DNA from: Prochlorococcus sp. AG-424-A03
Lineage (GTDB): Bacteria; Cyanobacteriota; Cyanobacteriia; PCC-6307; Cyanobiaceae
Length of the DNA stretch: 62,424 nt
Reading direction: 5' to 3'
NCBI GenBank assembly: GCA_003213375.1
Contig: QCNA01000001.1
Span: 1 to 62,424, forward strand
The position numbers and the translations under genes are program-made. A model generated the notes under the pieces. It was not told the origin of the DNA. It searched no databases and was given only the letters and a program-made list of their open reading frames with translations. Position 1 is the stretch's first letter. Each line of letters starts with the position of its first letter. Positions 32,077 through 43,626 of this stretch are shown here, in pieces.

Positions 32077-32173
32077 TTACTCAGAAAACCTTGAGGTAAA
32101 AATATTTGTTTATTAATCAATAGTACTTTTTATAAAAATTTAAACTAATCTTCTAGTAGAAATTAATTTTTAA

Positions 32174-32428
32174 TTGGACCAATTTGCTGTAAAAGTTTTT
32201 GTAAGACTAAGACCCTCAGTTTTAGATCCAGCAGGGGAAGCTACCAAATCTGCTTCTATAAAACTTGGAGCCGAGGGAATTAAATCATTACGTATAGGAA
32301 AAATGATTGAGGTAAAAATAGAAGGTAATGGTGAAAATGAAGTAAGAGAAAAAATTGATTTATTGTGTGATAGGTTATTCGCAAATACTGTTATTGAAGA
32401 TTATGAGTATTCACTAGAAAAATTATAA
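32174..32428 (+). CDS. purS: Phosphoribosylformylglycinamidine synthase subunit PurS
   Basis: [24 protein letters not shown]. Confidence 0.95.
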   Translation: MDQFAVKVFVRLRPSVLDPAGEATKSASIKLGAEGIKSLRIGKMIEVKIEGNGENEVREKIDLLCDRLFANTVIEDYEYSLEKL

Positions 32429-32429
32429 G

Positions 32430-33095
32430 ATGGATAATTTTACTGTAGGAGTTGTTGTCTTCCCTGGTTCTAATTGTGATCGTGATGTTTCATGGGCATT
32501 GGAAGGTTGTTTAGACATAAGAACAAAATACTTGTGGCATGAGTCTTCAGATTTAAGTGATGTAGATGCAATAGTTTTACCCGGAGGATTTAGCTATGGT
32601 GATTATTTAAGATGCGGAGCAATTGCGAGATTCTCTCCATTAATAAATGCCTTGGATGAGTTTGTTAAAAGCGGGAAAAGAGTTTTAGGAATTTGTAATG
32701 GGTTTCAAATTTTGACAGAATCAGGGTTTTTGCCTGGTGCCCTTACTGCAAATAAAAATCTTAATTTCATCTGTGATGATGTTGAACTTGATATAGTTTC
32801 TTCAAAAGGAGGTTGGTTCAATAATGTAGATGAAAAACAAACAATTAAGTTGCCAATAGCGCATGGGGAAGGAAGATATCATTGTGATTCTGATACTTTA
32901 AAGAAACTTGTAGATAAAGAGTTGATCGCTTTAAGATATAAAAATAATCCAAATGGATCCTCATTCGATATCGCAGGCATAACTAATGAGAAGGGAAATG
33001 TTCTAGGTTTAATGCCTCATCCAGAGCGAGCATGCGACGAGACAATTGGTGGGACTGATGGTCTCTTTACATTAAAATCATTAATATTGAAATAA
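32430..33095 (+). CDS. purQ: Phosphoribosylformylglycinamidine synthase subunit PurQ
   Basis: [31 protein letters not shown]. Confidence 0.97.
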   Translation: MDNFTVGVVVFPGSNCDRDVSWALEGCLDIRTKYLWHESSDLSDVDAIVLPGGFSYGDYLRCGAIARFSPLINALDEFVKSGKRVLGICNGFQILTESGFLPGALTANKNLNFICDDVELDIVSSKGGWFNNVDEKQTIKLPIAHGEGRYHCDSDTLKKLVDKELIALRYKNNPNGSSFDIAGITNEKGNVLGLMPHPERACDETIGGTDGLFTLKSLILK

Positions 33096-33127
33096 AAAAA
33101 AGACCCCAATTATGGAGGTCTTTTTTT
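33094..33127. terminator. Bidirectional intrinsic terminator between convergent purQ and fbaA
   Basis: A run + GACCCC-AATTAT-GGAGGTC hairpin + T run. Confidence 0.8.
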
Positions 33128-33145
33128 ATTTAATTTTGGAAGAAA

Positions 33146-34219
33146 TTAAACAGTAGCTTTTACTTTTGGATCCAAATCACCTTTTGCGTAAAGATCAGCA
33201 AAATAATTAGTGCTGTTTTGTTTGATCTTACTTGCTTGACCTTCGCACCAGAACTGCTTGTATCTATCAAGACAAACTTGCTTCATGTATTTTCTGGCAG
33301 GCTTGTTGAAATGTCTTGGGTCGAAGTTTGCTTTATCAGCAAATGCTGCCTCTCTAACCGCGGCAGTGAAAGCAAGTCTGTTATCAGTATCAATGTTGAC
33401 TTTCCTAACTCCATTTCTTATTCCCTCTTGAATTTCTTCAACAGGAACACCATATGTTTGAGGGATTTCACCGCCATATTTGTTAATGATATCCAACCAT
33501 TCTTGAGGAACTGAACTAGATCCATGCATTACAAGATGGGTATTTGGAAGTGCTTTATGAATTTCAGCAATTCTGCTTATTGCAAGAACTTCTCCTGTAG
33601 GTTTTCTTGTAAATTTATAAGCACCATGACTTGTTCCTATAGCAATAGCTAAAGCATCGACTTTTGTTTTGGCTACAAAATCTGCAGCTTCTTCAGGATC
33701 AGTCAAAAGCATATCTGTAGAAAGTTCACCTTCAAATCCATGACCATCTTCCGCTTCACCTTTTCCTGTCTCTAATGAACCTAAGCAACCCAACTCTCCT
33801 TCAACACTAACTCCAACTGAATGAGCAAAATCTACTACTTTTTTAGTAACTGCAACATTATATTCGTAACTAGCAGGTGTTTTTGCATCTGCCTCTAGAG
33901 AACCGTCCATCATTACTGATGTGAAACCATTTATTGCTGCTGAATAACATGTTGATGGCTCATTACCGTGGTCTTGGTGCATTACCACTGGAATATTAGG
34001 ATATGTTTCTGTAGCAGCAAGGATTAGATGACGTAGGAAAATTTCTCCTGCATAATTTCTTGCCCCTCTTGAAGCTTGGAGGATTACAGGACTATCAGTT
34101 TCATATGCTGCTTCCATGATTGCTTGAACTTGCTCAAGATTATTAACATTGAAAGCTGGAATACCGTAACCATTCTCAGCAGCGTGATCTAAAAGTAGTC
34201 TTAGTGGAACGAGGGCCAT
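33146..34219 (-). CDS. fbaA: Class II fructose-bisphosphate aldolase
   Basis: [35 protein letters not shown]. Confidence 0.97.
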   Translation of the reverse strand: MALVPLRLLLDHAAENGYGIPAFNVNNLEQVQAIMEAAYETDSPVILQASRGARNYAGEIFLRHLILAATETYPNIPVVMHQDHGNEPSTCYSAAINGFTSVMMDGSLEADAKTPASYEYNVAVTKKVVDFAHSVGVSVEGELGCLGSLETGKGEAEDGHGFEGELSTDMLLTDPEEAADFVAKTKVDALAIAIGTSHGAYKFTRKPTGEVLAISRIAEIHKALPNTHLVMHGSSSVPQEWLDIINKYGGEIPQTYGVPVEEIQEGIRNGVRKVNIDTDNRLAFTAAVREAAFADKANFDPRHFNKPARKYMKQVCLDRYKQFWCEGQASKIKQNSTNYFADLYAKGDLDPKVKATV

Positions 34220-34311
34220 AATTAAAATAAGTTAGATGCTATACAAAGCACTTGTTTCCGCGAGTTTAGTACAAAGAGGGATCAAATGTCACGTAATTAG
34301 ATATACAAAAT

Positions 34312-35409
34312 CTATATTTTTATATTTAACCCGCTCTTCGACGATTCTCTTATAGCTTCGCAAACTTTATGACTTGCAAGTCCCTCGCATAAGCCTGGGA
34401 TTACAGGTGTTCCATTAATTATACTCTGAGCCCATAAATTTTGAATTCTCAAAACTGGAGCTATTCTTCCATCAGTCCATGTTTTTTCAAAATTAAAACT
34501 TAAATCTGCAGTTAGATTTTGTATTTTATTTTCGTTGTTTGAATATTTCAAATTAAAACCATGTACATAATCTTTTTGGTTTTCGCTTTTAAGAATTAGT
34601 GAACCTTCGCTTCCATATATTTCTAAACTAAATCCTCTACCATTTTTAGAAATTGATGATAAAGATACCTGACATGGAACAAGATTTGAGCTGTAGTTTG
34701 ATATTTCTATATTGGCTAAACATACATCTTCACTCGTAACATCATTTAAATCAGATGAATTAGGTAAAGGTCTTTTTTTTATTGATGTTGCTAACTTGCC
34801 AGACACGTTTATTGCTTCTCCAAAAAACCAATTCAACATATCGAATGCATGAGTACCTAAAGCGCCAATAACTCCTCCACCTTTTTCTTCCAATGAATAC
34901 CAATTCCAGGATCTTTTGGGGTCGGATCTACTGCCCATTAACCAATCTAATTTGACTAGATATATATCTCCTAAGATATTTTCATCAATAAGTTTTTTTG
35001 TCTGAAGGAAAAGAGGTACTGCCCTATATTCAAAATCAACACATACGCTTAAATTATTAATCAAAGATATTCTCTGAAGCTCTTCAATTTCAAGGGAAGA
35101 TATTGAAACAGGTTTTTCTAGTAGCAAATTTTTATTGTTCTCAAGTGCGCTTTTTGCTAATTTAAATCTTGATTCAGGAGGGGTAGCAATAATGATCCCA
35201 TCAATTTCTGGAGATTTAATTAAGTCATTCCAATCATGAAAAAAATCTAAGCCCGTTTCTTTTTCTAATATCGATTTTTGTTTTTTCTCGTAATGATAAA
35301 TTGCTACAGGAGTTAAGTAATCAGACTCTTTTAATGCCTCTAAATGAACATTTTTACCAAACCCTAGTCCAGCAATTGCTATTTTTAATTTTTTATTTTT
35401 AGAATTCAT
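34312..35409 (-). CDS. Gfo/Idh/MocA family oxidoreductase
   Basis: GLGFG Rossmann start, ATPP, LEKP, GTHAFD. Confidence 0.88.
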   Translation of the reverse strand: MNSKNKKLKIAIAGLGFGKNVHLEALKESDYLTPVAIYHYEKKQKSILEKETGLDFFHDWNDLIKSPEIDGIIIATPPESRFKLAKSALENNKNLLLEKPVSISSLEIEELQRISLINNLSVCVDFEYRAVPLFLQTKKLIDENILGDIYLVKLDWLMGSRSDPKRSWNWYSLEEKGGGVIGALGTHAFDMLNWFFGEAINVSGKLATSIKKRPLPNSSDLNDVTSEDVCLANIEISNYSSNLVPCQVSLSSISKNGRGFSLEIYGSEGSLILKSENQKDYVHGFNLKYSNNENKIQNLTADLSFNFEKTWTDGRIAPVLRIQNLWAQSIINGTPVIPGLCEGLASHKVCEAIRESSKSGLNIKI

Positions 35410-35411
35410 TC

Positions 35412-35804
35412 TTATCCATTAATAAACTCTGAACAACTATTTTCAATAACAACATCTATGAGTTCATCATTATTTGAAGTTTGCCATTTTGAATTGAATT
35501 GAGGTATTCCATTTATGGAAGTATCTTTAAACTTTTTTTCATCGCAATTAATTCTCATTACATAAAGTGATAACTCTCCATCATCATCAGAATTAGTTGG
35601 ATTTTTGAAGAACTTTGTTAAGACACTGATTTCACCATTTGGAAAAGGCTTAATACTGCCTTTATCAAGCCATTCTTTCCCTTCACTATTCTCTTTTAGT
35701 AGCACCCAGTCAACATTTCCTATCCCATAAGAATATGGCGCAAAATTTAAAATAAAAAATAAAAGGCTTAAAGAAAAATAAAAGAAATTTGAAATTATAC
35801 TCAT
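35412..35804 (-). CDS. Hypothetical exported protein
   Basis: Start likely at ATG 35804; hydrophobic signal-like N-terminus; two Cys; follows accD. Confidence 0.75.
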   Translation of the reverse strand: MSIISNFFYFSLSLLFFILNFAPYSYGIGNVDWVLLKENSEGKEWLDKGSIKPFPNGEISVLTKFFKNPTNSDDDGELSLYVMRINCDEKKFKDTSINGIPQFNSKWQTSNNDELIDVVIENSCSEFING

Positions 35805-35805
35805 T

Positions 35806-36687
35806 TTATATATTTGCTTCTGCAAGTTCTTTTACACCATGAATTTTTAAAATTTTAGTCAGAGTATCCTTGAGATCTTTTCGTTTCACAATTACATCAA
35901 CAAAACCATGCTCAAGCAGATATTCAGCTGTTTGAAAATTATCGGGTAATTTTTCTCTTAATGTTTGCTCTATAACCCTTCTTCCAGCAAATCCAATAAG
36001 TGCTTTAGGTTCCGCCAAAATTAAATCACCTAACATCGCAAAGCTGGCTGTTACCCCTCCAGTAGTTGGATGAGTTAATAAGGGCATATATAGGAGATTT
36101 TTCTCTTTATGTTTTTTTAGTGCTCCAGATATTTTTGCCATTTGCATGAGACTTAACATACCTTCTTGCATCCTTGCTCCGCCTGATGCGCAAACAATAA
36201 GAATTGGAAAATTTTCCAAAGTTGCTCTCTCAATTATCCTTGTAATTTTTTCACCAACTACTGAACCCATGGATCCTCCCATAAATCTAAAATCCATAAC
36301 AGCTAATGCTAAAGGCATTGAATTCACAGAACAGATACCTGTTACGACTCCATCTCTTAAACCTGTACCTGCTTGACTTTCTTTAATTCGATCAGCATAC
36401 GCTCTTCTATCTTTAAAACCTAAAGGATCTGTAGGACTTAGTGAACTATCAAATTCTTTAAATGAATTTTTATCAGCAATTATATTTATCCTTTCATCGC
36501 TATTAATCCTATTGTGGTGTCCACAATTACTACAAACATTGAAATTTGAAATTAGGTCTTTTCTATAGGCTACTTGCGAACACTCAGAACATTTAACCCA
36601 CAATCCATCTCCTTCGTCAGTATCTTGGGAAACTTTCCCAACAAATTGATCTTTGCGCCTTGCGGCAAACCAGTCGATTAATGACAC
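35806..36687 (-). CDS. accD: Acetyl-CoA carboxylase carboxyltransferase beta subunit
   Basis: Zn finger CSEC...[29 protein letters not shown]. Confidence 0.98.
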   Translation of the reverse strand: MSLIDWFAARRKDQFVGKVSQDTDEGDGLWVKCSECSQVAYRKDLISNFNVCSNCGHHNRINSDERINIIADKNSFKEFDSSLSPTDPLGFKDRRAYADRIKESQAGTGLRDGVVTGICSVNSMPLALAVMDFRFMGGSMGSVVGEKITRIIERATLENFPILIVCASGGARMQEGMLSLMQMAKISGALKKHKEKNLLYMPLLTHPTTGGVTASFAMLGDLILAEPKALIGFAGRRVIEQTLREKLPDNFQTAEYLLEHGFVDVIVKRKDLKDTLTKILKIHGVKELAEANI

Positions 36688-36826
36688 AACGTTACCTGTT
36701 TTTTCTATTTAAATCTAAGTAAGGTACTTTTATCAAGAAAGATATATAAAAATTTGAGATCCTCTAGATTAAAAACTTCTCAAAATTAAAAAATAATGAT
36801 TTACGTTGATAATCGAAAATTAATTA

Positions 36827-37723
36827 TTATTTATTTTTCTCCTCAATCATTTTATGAATTATTGGAGTGAGAATTAGTTCCATTGCGAATCCCATTTTTC
36901 CTCCATTTACAACGATACTTGTTGGACTTGACATAAATGAATCATTAATCATTCCAAGCAAGTATTGAAAATCAATCCCCCATTTCTCTCTTGCCCCTTT
37001 TCTGAAATGTATGATCACAAAGCTCTCATCAGGAGTTGGGATATTCCTGCATATGAAAGGATTAGAAGTGTCAATTGTGGGAATTCTTTGGAAATTAATA
37101 TCGGTTTTGCTGAATTGTGGGCATATATGATTTATATAATCAGGCATTCTTCTCAATATAGTATCTACAATAGTTTCCGCTGAGTAACCTCTTTCTGCGT
37201 TATCTCTATGGATTTTTTGAATCCACTCTAAATTTGTTATCGGAACAACTCCAACAAGTAGATCAGCATAAGAGGCAACATTGTATCCATCACCTTCTAC
37301 CCCGCCATGCAAACCTTCATAAAAAAGTACATCTGTTCCCTCAGGAATATCTTCCCATGGAGTAAATTGTCCAGGTTCTAGGGATGTCCCAAGTCTTGTA
37401 TTATGTTCTTCTGCTTCTTCAAGACTATGTAGATAATATCTTTTCTTTCCTCCTCCAGTTTCACCATAGATTTTAAAAAGTTCTTCTAGCTTGTCAAAAA
37501 GATTAGCCTCTGGACCAAAATGTGAGAAATTTTCACCTTTTGAAAGAGCGTCTGCCATAGCTTTTTTCATAGGCATTCTTTCAAATCTGTGGTAACTATC
37601 ACCTTCAACAACTGCGGGAACAATATCTTCTCTGGCAAAAATATGCTCAAAGGCTCTTTTTACTGTACTTGTTCCTGCTCCTGAAGATCCTGTTACAGCA
37701 ACTACTGGATGACGTTTTGACAT
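36827..37723 (-). CDS. prk: Phosphoribulokinase (proteobacterial type)
   Basis: HPVVAVTGSSGAGT, EGDSYHR, YEGLHG, NLEWIQKIHRD, DTSNPF. Confidence 0.96.
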   Translation of the reverse strand: MSKRHPVVAVTGSSGAGTSTVKRAFEHIFAREDIVPAVVEGDSYHRFERMPMKKAMADALSKGENFSHFGPEANLFDKLEELFKIYGETGGGKKRYYLHSLEEAEEHNTRLGTSLEPGQFTPWEDIPEGTDVLFYEGLHGGVEGDGYNVASYADLLVGVVPITNLEWIQKIHRDNAERGYSAETIVDTILRRMPDYINHICPQFSKTDINFQRIPTIDTSNPFICRNIPTPDESFVIIHFRKGAREKWGIDFQYLLGMINDSFMSSPTSIVVNGGKMGFAMELILTPIIHKMIEEKNK

Positions 37724-37812
37724 TTTTAAAAAACAATATCTAATGATTCTGACAGGTCATATGCCAACTTTATGTTTTACTTAAAAATATTTTTTTATTT
37801 ATTAATTTTTTT

Positions 37813-38886
37813 TTAAATTTCATCCATTATTTTATCTCCGATTTCACTGCAAGATAAAACTTCAGTAGACCCATCAGCTAAATCTGCTGTTCTAAATCCT
37901 TTTGATAAAACTTTATCAATGGCAGTTTCTAAATTTTCTGCAGCTTCTTCTTCATTTAATCCAATTTTTAACATCATGGAAGCAGATAAAAGCATTGCAA
38001 TAGGATTAGCTATGTTTTTACCAGCTATATCAGGAGCCGAACCATGAACAGGTTCAAAAACGCCTGGGCCATTATTGTTTAAAGAAGCAGATGGAAGCAT
38101 ACCAATAGAACCAGTTAACATTGCGGCTAAATCGCTTAAAATATCTCCAAATAAATTACTAGTTAAAATCACATCAAATTGACTAGGATCTCTAACTAAT
38201 TGCATTGCTGCATTATCAACATACATATTGCTTAGGGATATATTTTTATCTTTTGAGGTGATATTTAAAACTGTATCTCTCCACAATTGACTAACCTCAA
38301 GAACGTTTGATTTATCAACAGAACATATTTTTTTATTTCTTTGGTTAGCAATTTTTATTGCTATTTCGGTTATTCTTTCTATTTCAGTTGAATCATAGAT
38401 CATCGTATTGAAAGCTTTTGGGATTTTTGTATTTGTTATGTGTCCTCTTGGTTTCCCAAAATAAATTCCTCCTATTAATTCTCTTACAACAATAAGATCT
38501 ACATGCTCAACGATTTCTTTTTTTAATGTACTTGCATCTAATAGAGATTTTCTTATTTTGACAGGCCTGATATTTGCGAAAAGGTTTAGGGCAGATCTTA
38601 ACTTTAGTAACCCACTTTCTGGCCTTAATTCTCTTGCAAGAGAATCATATTTAATATCTCCAACACATGCTAAAAGTACTGCGTCACTTTTTTTACATTG
38701 TTCTAGTGTCTCATCTGGAGCAGGAGTACCATATTTTTCATACGCTATCCCTCCAAATAATTTTTCAATAATCTCAATATCGAAATTATGATTTTTTGAA
38801 AGCTTTTTTAAAACTTTTTTTGAAACTTCTGAAATCTCTGGTCCAATTCCATCTCCTGACAATAAAACAATCTTATATTTCTTCAT
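37813..38886 (-). CDS. leuB: 3-isopropylmalate dehydrogenase
   Basis: GDGIGPE, VDKSNV, NLFGDILSD, EPVHGSAPDIAGK. Confidence 0.98.
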   Translation of the reverse strand: MKKYKIVLLSGDGIGPEISEVSKKVLKKLSKNHNFDIEIIEKLFGGIAYEKYGTPAPDETLEQCKKSDAVLLACVGDIKYDSLARELRPESGLLKLRSALNLFANIRPVKIRKSLLDASTLKKEIVEHVDLIVVRELIGGIYFGKPRGHITNTKIPKAFNTMIYDSTEIERITEIAIKIANQRNKKICSVDKSNVLEVSQLWRDTVLNITSKDKNISLSNMYVDNAAMQLVRDPSQFDVILTSNLFGDILSDLAAMLTGSIGMLPSASLNNNGPGVFEPVHGSAPDIAGKNIANPIAMLLSASMMLKIGLNEEEAAENLETAIDKVLSKGFRTADLADGSTEVLSCSEIGDKIMDEI

Positions 38887-38914
38887 TTAAATTTTTGTTT
38901 AATAGAACAATAAA

Positions 38915-39950
38915 TTATTGCTTGTCTAATTGTCTAAGTTTTTTTGCTAATTCTGGTAATTTTTTAAAAATACTTGAACTCCTTAGCCATGATTTATTTT
39001 CCATCGCGGGGAAACCACTTATTACCTTGCCATCTTCAATGTCACAATGGATTCCGCATTTTGAACTCGCAATGACATTATTACCAACTTTTACTCTATT
39101 ATTGACTCCTACTTGCCCTGCCAAAATAACACCATCTCCAATATTTGCGCCTCCAGCGATACCAACTTGAGCTGCAAATGCACAATTCTTTCCAATTTTT
39201 ACGCCATGACCTATTTGTATTAAATTATCCAACTTTGTTCCCTCATCAATAAAAGTAAATCCAACTGCGGGTCTATCAATACAACAATTAGTTCCAATTT
39301 CTACAAAACTCATTATTTTTACACCACCTTTTTGCGGCATCTTTACCCATTTGCCATTTTCAGGAATAAAACCAAATCCCTCTGATCCAATCACAGAATT
39401 TGAATTAATTACACAATTATTTTTTAGAGTGGTATTTTCGTAAATAACACAATTTGGATGAATTATATTATTATTTCCTATTTGAACATTGCCTAAAATT
39501 GATGATCCAGGAAGAATATGATTATTGTCTCCAATTACGGTATTTTCCCCAATATAGACATTAGGTCCAATATGGCAATCTGCTCCAATTATTGCTGTTT
39601 TATCTATAACTGCTGAGTCATGAATTCCTGGTTTGAAATTGATAGTTTTATATAAATAATCCAATACTTCTGCAAATGCAATTCTTGGATTTTTAACGAT
39701 TATGTTAGATATATTGAGTTTTTTTTAGGGCACTAACGATTTCATCGTTGTTAGTAGTTATTATTGCTGATGCTTTAGTTTGATCTAATTTTTCTTTAAG
39801 TATATTATTTTCTTCTAAAAAAGATATTTGATGTTTAACTGCAGCATCTAATGAGGCAGCATCATCTATATTTAAATCTTCGAAAATATTGGCACTAATA
39901 AAATTTGAATTTCCTTTTTTTATTAGATCAACTAAATCACTTAAAAGCAT
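38915..39950 (-). CDS. lpxD: UDP-3-O-(3-hydroxyacyl)glucosamine N-acyltransferase, with an apparent +1 frameshift in the A8 run at 39719-39726
   Basis: Hexapeptide repeats, [17 protein letters not shown]; removing one A restores [26 protein letters not shown] and joins the two ORFs. Confidence 0.93.
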
Positions 39951-39969
39951 TTTTCAGTTTTAATTTTTT

Positions 39970-41052
39970 CTAAGAGAGAGCAAGAACATCTCTATGAACG
40001 ACAATTATCGAGGAGTTGTTATTTTCTTTATTATTTAAGATACTTCTTAATTTGTCGCTACTTATTGATACTAAACCTTTTGCAACTTCTTTATCATTTG
40101 TATTTACGATTTTAACTGCCTGATTAATCGTAAAGTTTCCTTCTACATTCTTAACACCAACCGCTAAAAGTGAGGCACCTTTTTTTTTAATTGCAAAAGA
40201 AGCGCCTTCATCTAAAGTAATTTTCCCTACTGTTTGAATTGCGTGTGAAAGCCAACTTTTTTTGTTTCCAATAGGTTTTTCTACTGGATAAAATAAAGTT
40301 CCAATTTTATTATCATTAAATATTTCAATTAAGTTTTTTTTATTAGTTCCATCAACTAGTTGGACTTCGACTCCTCCTTTTGTTGCAATTTCTGCAGAAA
40401 TTAATTTTGTAGAAATTCCTCCTGTTCCCCACTCATTATTTGAGTTTAGAATATTTTTATCTTTAATTTCCTTTAATTCACTATTATGAACTTCTTTAAT
40501 AGGTTGCGCATCTTTATTATTACGTGGATCTTTTGAGTATAGATTTTCAATATCGGTTAATAAAATAAGCTTGTTAGCATTTATAGCCAAGGCAACTAAA
40601 GCAGAGAGGGTATCATTATCTCCATATTTAAGCTCTTCATTTGCTACGGTATCATTTTCATTTACTATTGGAATAACATTCAAATCGATTAATCTTTTTA
40701 AAGTTTTAGAAGCGTTATTAAAGGATTCTCGTGAATTGAAATCAGCTTTAGTTATTAAAATTTGAGCAATATTAAGACCTAATTTATTAAATACTTTATC
40801 GTATAAGGACATTAAATTAACTTGACCTACTGCAGCAGTAGCTTGAAGTGTACTTAAATCATTTGGTCTTGTTTTAATATTTAACTTTTGGCAGCCTAAT
40901 CCAACGGCTCCACTAGTTACTAAAATTAACTTGTTTCCTTTTGAAAGAAAACTTGTAAAGGATCTAGAAAGATTTTCAATAACTTCTTCTGTAGATGTTT
41001 CCTCTGTTCCTCTTAAAATACTAGTACCAATTTTTATAACCCAAGTTTTCAT
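39970..41052 (-). CDS. proB: Glutamate 5-kinase
   Basis: [35 protein letters not shown]; C-terminal PUA domain. Confidence 0.97.
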   Translation of the reverse strand: MKTWVIKIGTSILRGTEETSTEEVIENLSRSFTSFLSKGNKLILVTSGAVGLGCQKLNIKTRPNDLSTLQATAAVGQVNLMSLYDKVFNKLGLNIAQILITKADFNSRESFNNASKTLKRLIDLNVIPIVNENDTVANEELKYGDNDTLSALVALAINANKLILLTDIENLYSKDPRNNKDAQPIKEVHNSELKEIKDKNILNSNNEWGTGGISTKLISAEIATKGGVEVQLVDGTNKKNLIEIFNDNKIGTLFYPVEKPIGNKKSWLSHAIQTVGKITLDEGASFAIKKKGASLLAVGVKNVEGNFTINQAVKIVNTNDKEVAKGLVSISSDKLRSILNNKENNNSSIIVVHRDVLALS

Positions 41053-41543
41053 TTTATAAAATGAGAAATTAATTTTTCTATTGTCAAAGTTAAATTAAAT
41101 TTTATAGGCAGGCCATCTCTATTTAATCTCTTAACTAATATTGTTTTTATATTACATCTATTACCAACAATAATATCTGTAAAAATTCTGTCGCCAATAA
41201 TGGCTATATTTTTTGGCTCTCTGCCAATTTCTTTGATAGCAGACAAAGTTACTTTTTTTCTAGGTTTTGATGCATTGTATTTATACCTTAAATTTAATTC
41301 TTTCGCTATTTTTTCGATTCTTTTTTTTGATGGATTATTACTTATTAGATATAAGGAGAAAAGTTTTTTAGATTCTATGATCCAATTTTTTACAGCTTTT
41401 GGGATCATATTTGATTTTCTATTTACTAGAGTCCCATCCACGTCTAGCAATAAAGAATTTATTCCTTTTTTTTGCAACTCAGATTGAGAAATATTATATA
41501 TTGGTAAGTTTGAATCCCAATTGACATTTAGGATAGATCTCAT
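41049..41543 (-). CDS. YqeG-family HAD IIIA phosphatase
   Basis: [21 protein letters not shown]. Confidence 0.88.
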   Translation of the reverse strand: MRSILNVNWDSNLPIYNISQSELQKKGINSLLLDVDGTLVNRKSNMIPKAVKNWIIESKKLFSLYLISNNPSKKRIEKIAKELNLRYKYNASKPRKKVTLSAIKEIGREPKNIAIIGDRIFTDIIVGNRCNIKTILVKRLNRDGLPIKFNLTLTIEKLISHFIK

Positions 41544-41548
41544 TTAAT

Positions 41549-42085
41549 TTAAGAACTACTTTTTTCAAGCTCAGTTTCAATCAAAGGTTGAATTTTATCG
41601 AACTCATCATCCTCAACTAATAAGGCACCATTGTCTTTTAATTTACCAACAATAAAAAAAGGATCTAGTGGTATATATAAGCCATATTCTTGGTCAAAAA
41701 GATTAAAGTTAACGAGCAATTCATAACTCTCACTATCATCATCGACGTAATCTTCTTCTAATTCATCGTAAATTGGTTCTTCAAGTTCTCCTGATACTGT
41801 TAATGTAACTGCTGACCTGATAAGTCTTAAATCATGTTCTTGAAGGACTGCTTCAGCATTTTTTAGTATTTGTTCATTTTTATCTATTTTCTCAATCAGT
41901 TCAGGTTCATCTTTTTCATTTATCTTAAAAAGACTTACTGGAGTATCAACTGGGGTTAATAAAGCATATTCTTGGCCTTCAACACTTACTAATTGTTCAA
42001 GATAACAAAATAGCTCGTTTCCATTTGAGTCATTTAATAAAAGAGTCTGTGCATCATAATTATCATTTGAATTGGCTTCTTTCAT
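41549..42085 (-). CDS. Acidic conserved cyanobacterial protein (DUF3727-like)
   Basis: EYALLTPVDTPV, RSAVTLTVSGE, YIPLDPFF. Confidence 0.8.
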   Translation of the reverse strand: MKEANSNDNYDAQTLLLNDSNGNELFCYLEQLVSVEGQEYALLTPVDTPVSLFKINEKDEPELIEKIDKNEQILKNAEAVLQEHDLRLIRSAVTLTVSGELEEPIYDELEEDYVDDDSESYELLVNFNLFDQEYGLYIPLDPFFIVGKLKDNGALLVEDDEFDKIQPLIETELEKSSS

Positions 42086-42111
42086 TTAAAAATTATCTAT
42101 CCTTTTTAATA

Positions 42112-42573
42112 CTAATATTTTATCTGACGTTTACCAGCTATTTCTTCTAATTCAGGACCTTCTTCGATCCATTGTTCAAGTATTATTTTTGCTGAAAAAC
42201 TATCAATCAATCCGGATTTATCTTTTTTTATTCCAAATCTTTCTGAAGATTCCCAAGTTGAACTATGTTCGTTGACATAAGAAAATGGAAGCTTTAATTC
42301 ATTTGAAAGTAATTTACCGTAATTTTTACAGTCAATAGCTTGAGTGGTCATTTGACCTTTCTCATCTAGCGGTATACCCACGATAAAACCAGTCAAATTA
42401 AATTCATTTATATAATTTCTAATGATTTTAATTTCTTGATTATTTTCAAATCGTTTCACTGCTGGAAGTATATTTGATGTTATGCAGAGGGGATCACAAT
42501 AAGCTAATCCTATTCTTTTGGTACCTATATCCAAACTCAAAATTGACTTGGGTTTGGGTTTGCAAAATTTCAC
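42112..42573 (-). CDS. yqgF: YqgF/RuvX family RNase H-fold nuclease
   Basis: [32 protein letters not shown]. Confidence 0.92.
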   Translation of the reverse strand: MKFCKPKPKSILSLDIGTKRIGLAYCDPLCITSNILPAVKRFENNQEIKIIRNYINEFNLTGFIVGIPLDEKGQMTTQAIDCKNYGKLLSNELKLPFSYVNEHSSTWESSERFGIKKDKSGLIDSFSAKIILEQWIEEGPELEEIAGKRQIKY

Positions 42574-43626
42574 TTTGTTTTTAATGGAAAAGGAGATGGA
42601 TATGGATTACCTTGAGGACTTAATTTTTCAAAGATTGATTCCAAAGATTGATTTATTATATTTACTTGTTTGGACTCATTCTTAATTATTGTGTTCCTAA
42701 TAAGAATTATTTCTTGATTTTTTTCTTTGATATTACACTCTTCGAGAAAAACATTTAATTGAGAATTTTCTTTATAGGTTTTTAAATATGAAACAGGTGA
42801 TTTTTCAAAAAATCTTTTTATAAATTCTTTTAAAATTGAATTGAATCTCTCATCCCAATATCTACTTATAGTTAAAGTATAAATTTCTTCTTTTTGATAA
42901 TTAATATCTTTTAAAATTGTACATAAAACTGAATTTTCATATATTAAGGCACCACTCTTAGAGTTATTTCTTTTAAGAATATCCTCTTGATCAAAATCTA
43001 AAATATTTCTTATTAAGGGAGATTGATTTGATCTTATGAAATTAACTATTTTTAATATATTTTGTTTATTTATGTTTTGGAATTCATTAATTAATGTATA
43101 GGCATTTGTATTTTGATTGTTAGGTTTATTTAGATCAGATCCATCCCAAAGGATTATCTCTCCTAAAGGTTGAAAGCCTAATTCTCTTGAGTTTGATATG
43201 AGGTCAACATTATTTATATCTGAATTAATTATCCAACTTGAAGTTTTGGTTTCTTTTATTGAGATAGATTTTTTTTATCAATCCTAAAGTTAATTGTTTA
43301 TCGGTTAAAGAACACTTGCTATTTATCAACTTGGGCTTAGATATTTTTAAGCAAGTCTCTTTTTTGTTTAATGGGAAAATGTTCAAATAACCGATAATTT
43401 CGTTTCCATATATAGCAATTATGCATTTATTTTTATTTTTCTTAAGATTATTCAAGAAGATTTTTAAGTCATCAAAGGTATTGATAATTGCCATCTTTAA
43501 AAACCAATTATTCAATTCCTTATTTTTAATATCTATTAAAAGATTAATGTGCCGTATATGGAGTTCTTCAAAAGTTACTTCCATTCCTTTTTTAGATTGA
43601 AAAGAATAAGAGGTATCTTTTTTCAT
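42570..43626 (-). CDS. Hypothetical protein (possible GNAT-like fold), with an apparent +1 frameshift in the A8 run at 43269-43276
   Basis: Removing one A continues [39 protein letters not shown]...; the far end reads [15 protein letters not shown] with the stop overlapping the yqgF GTG start. Confidence 0.7.
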
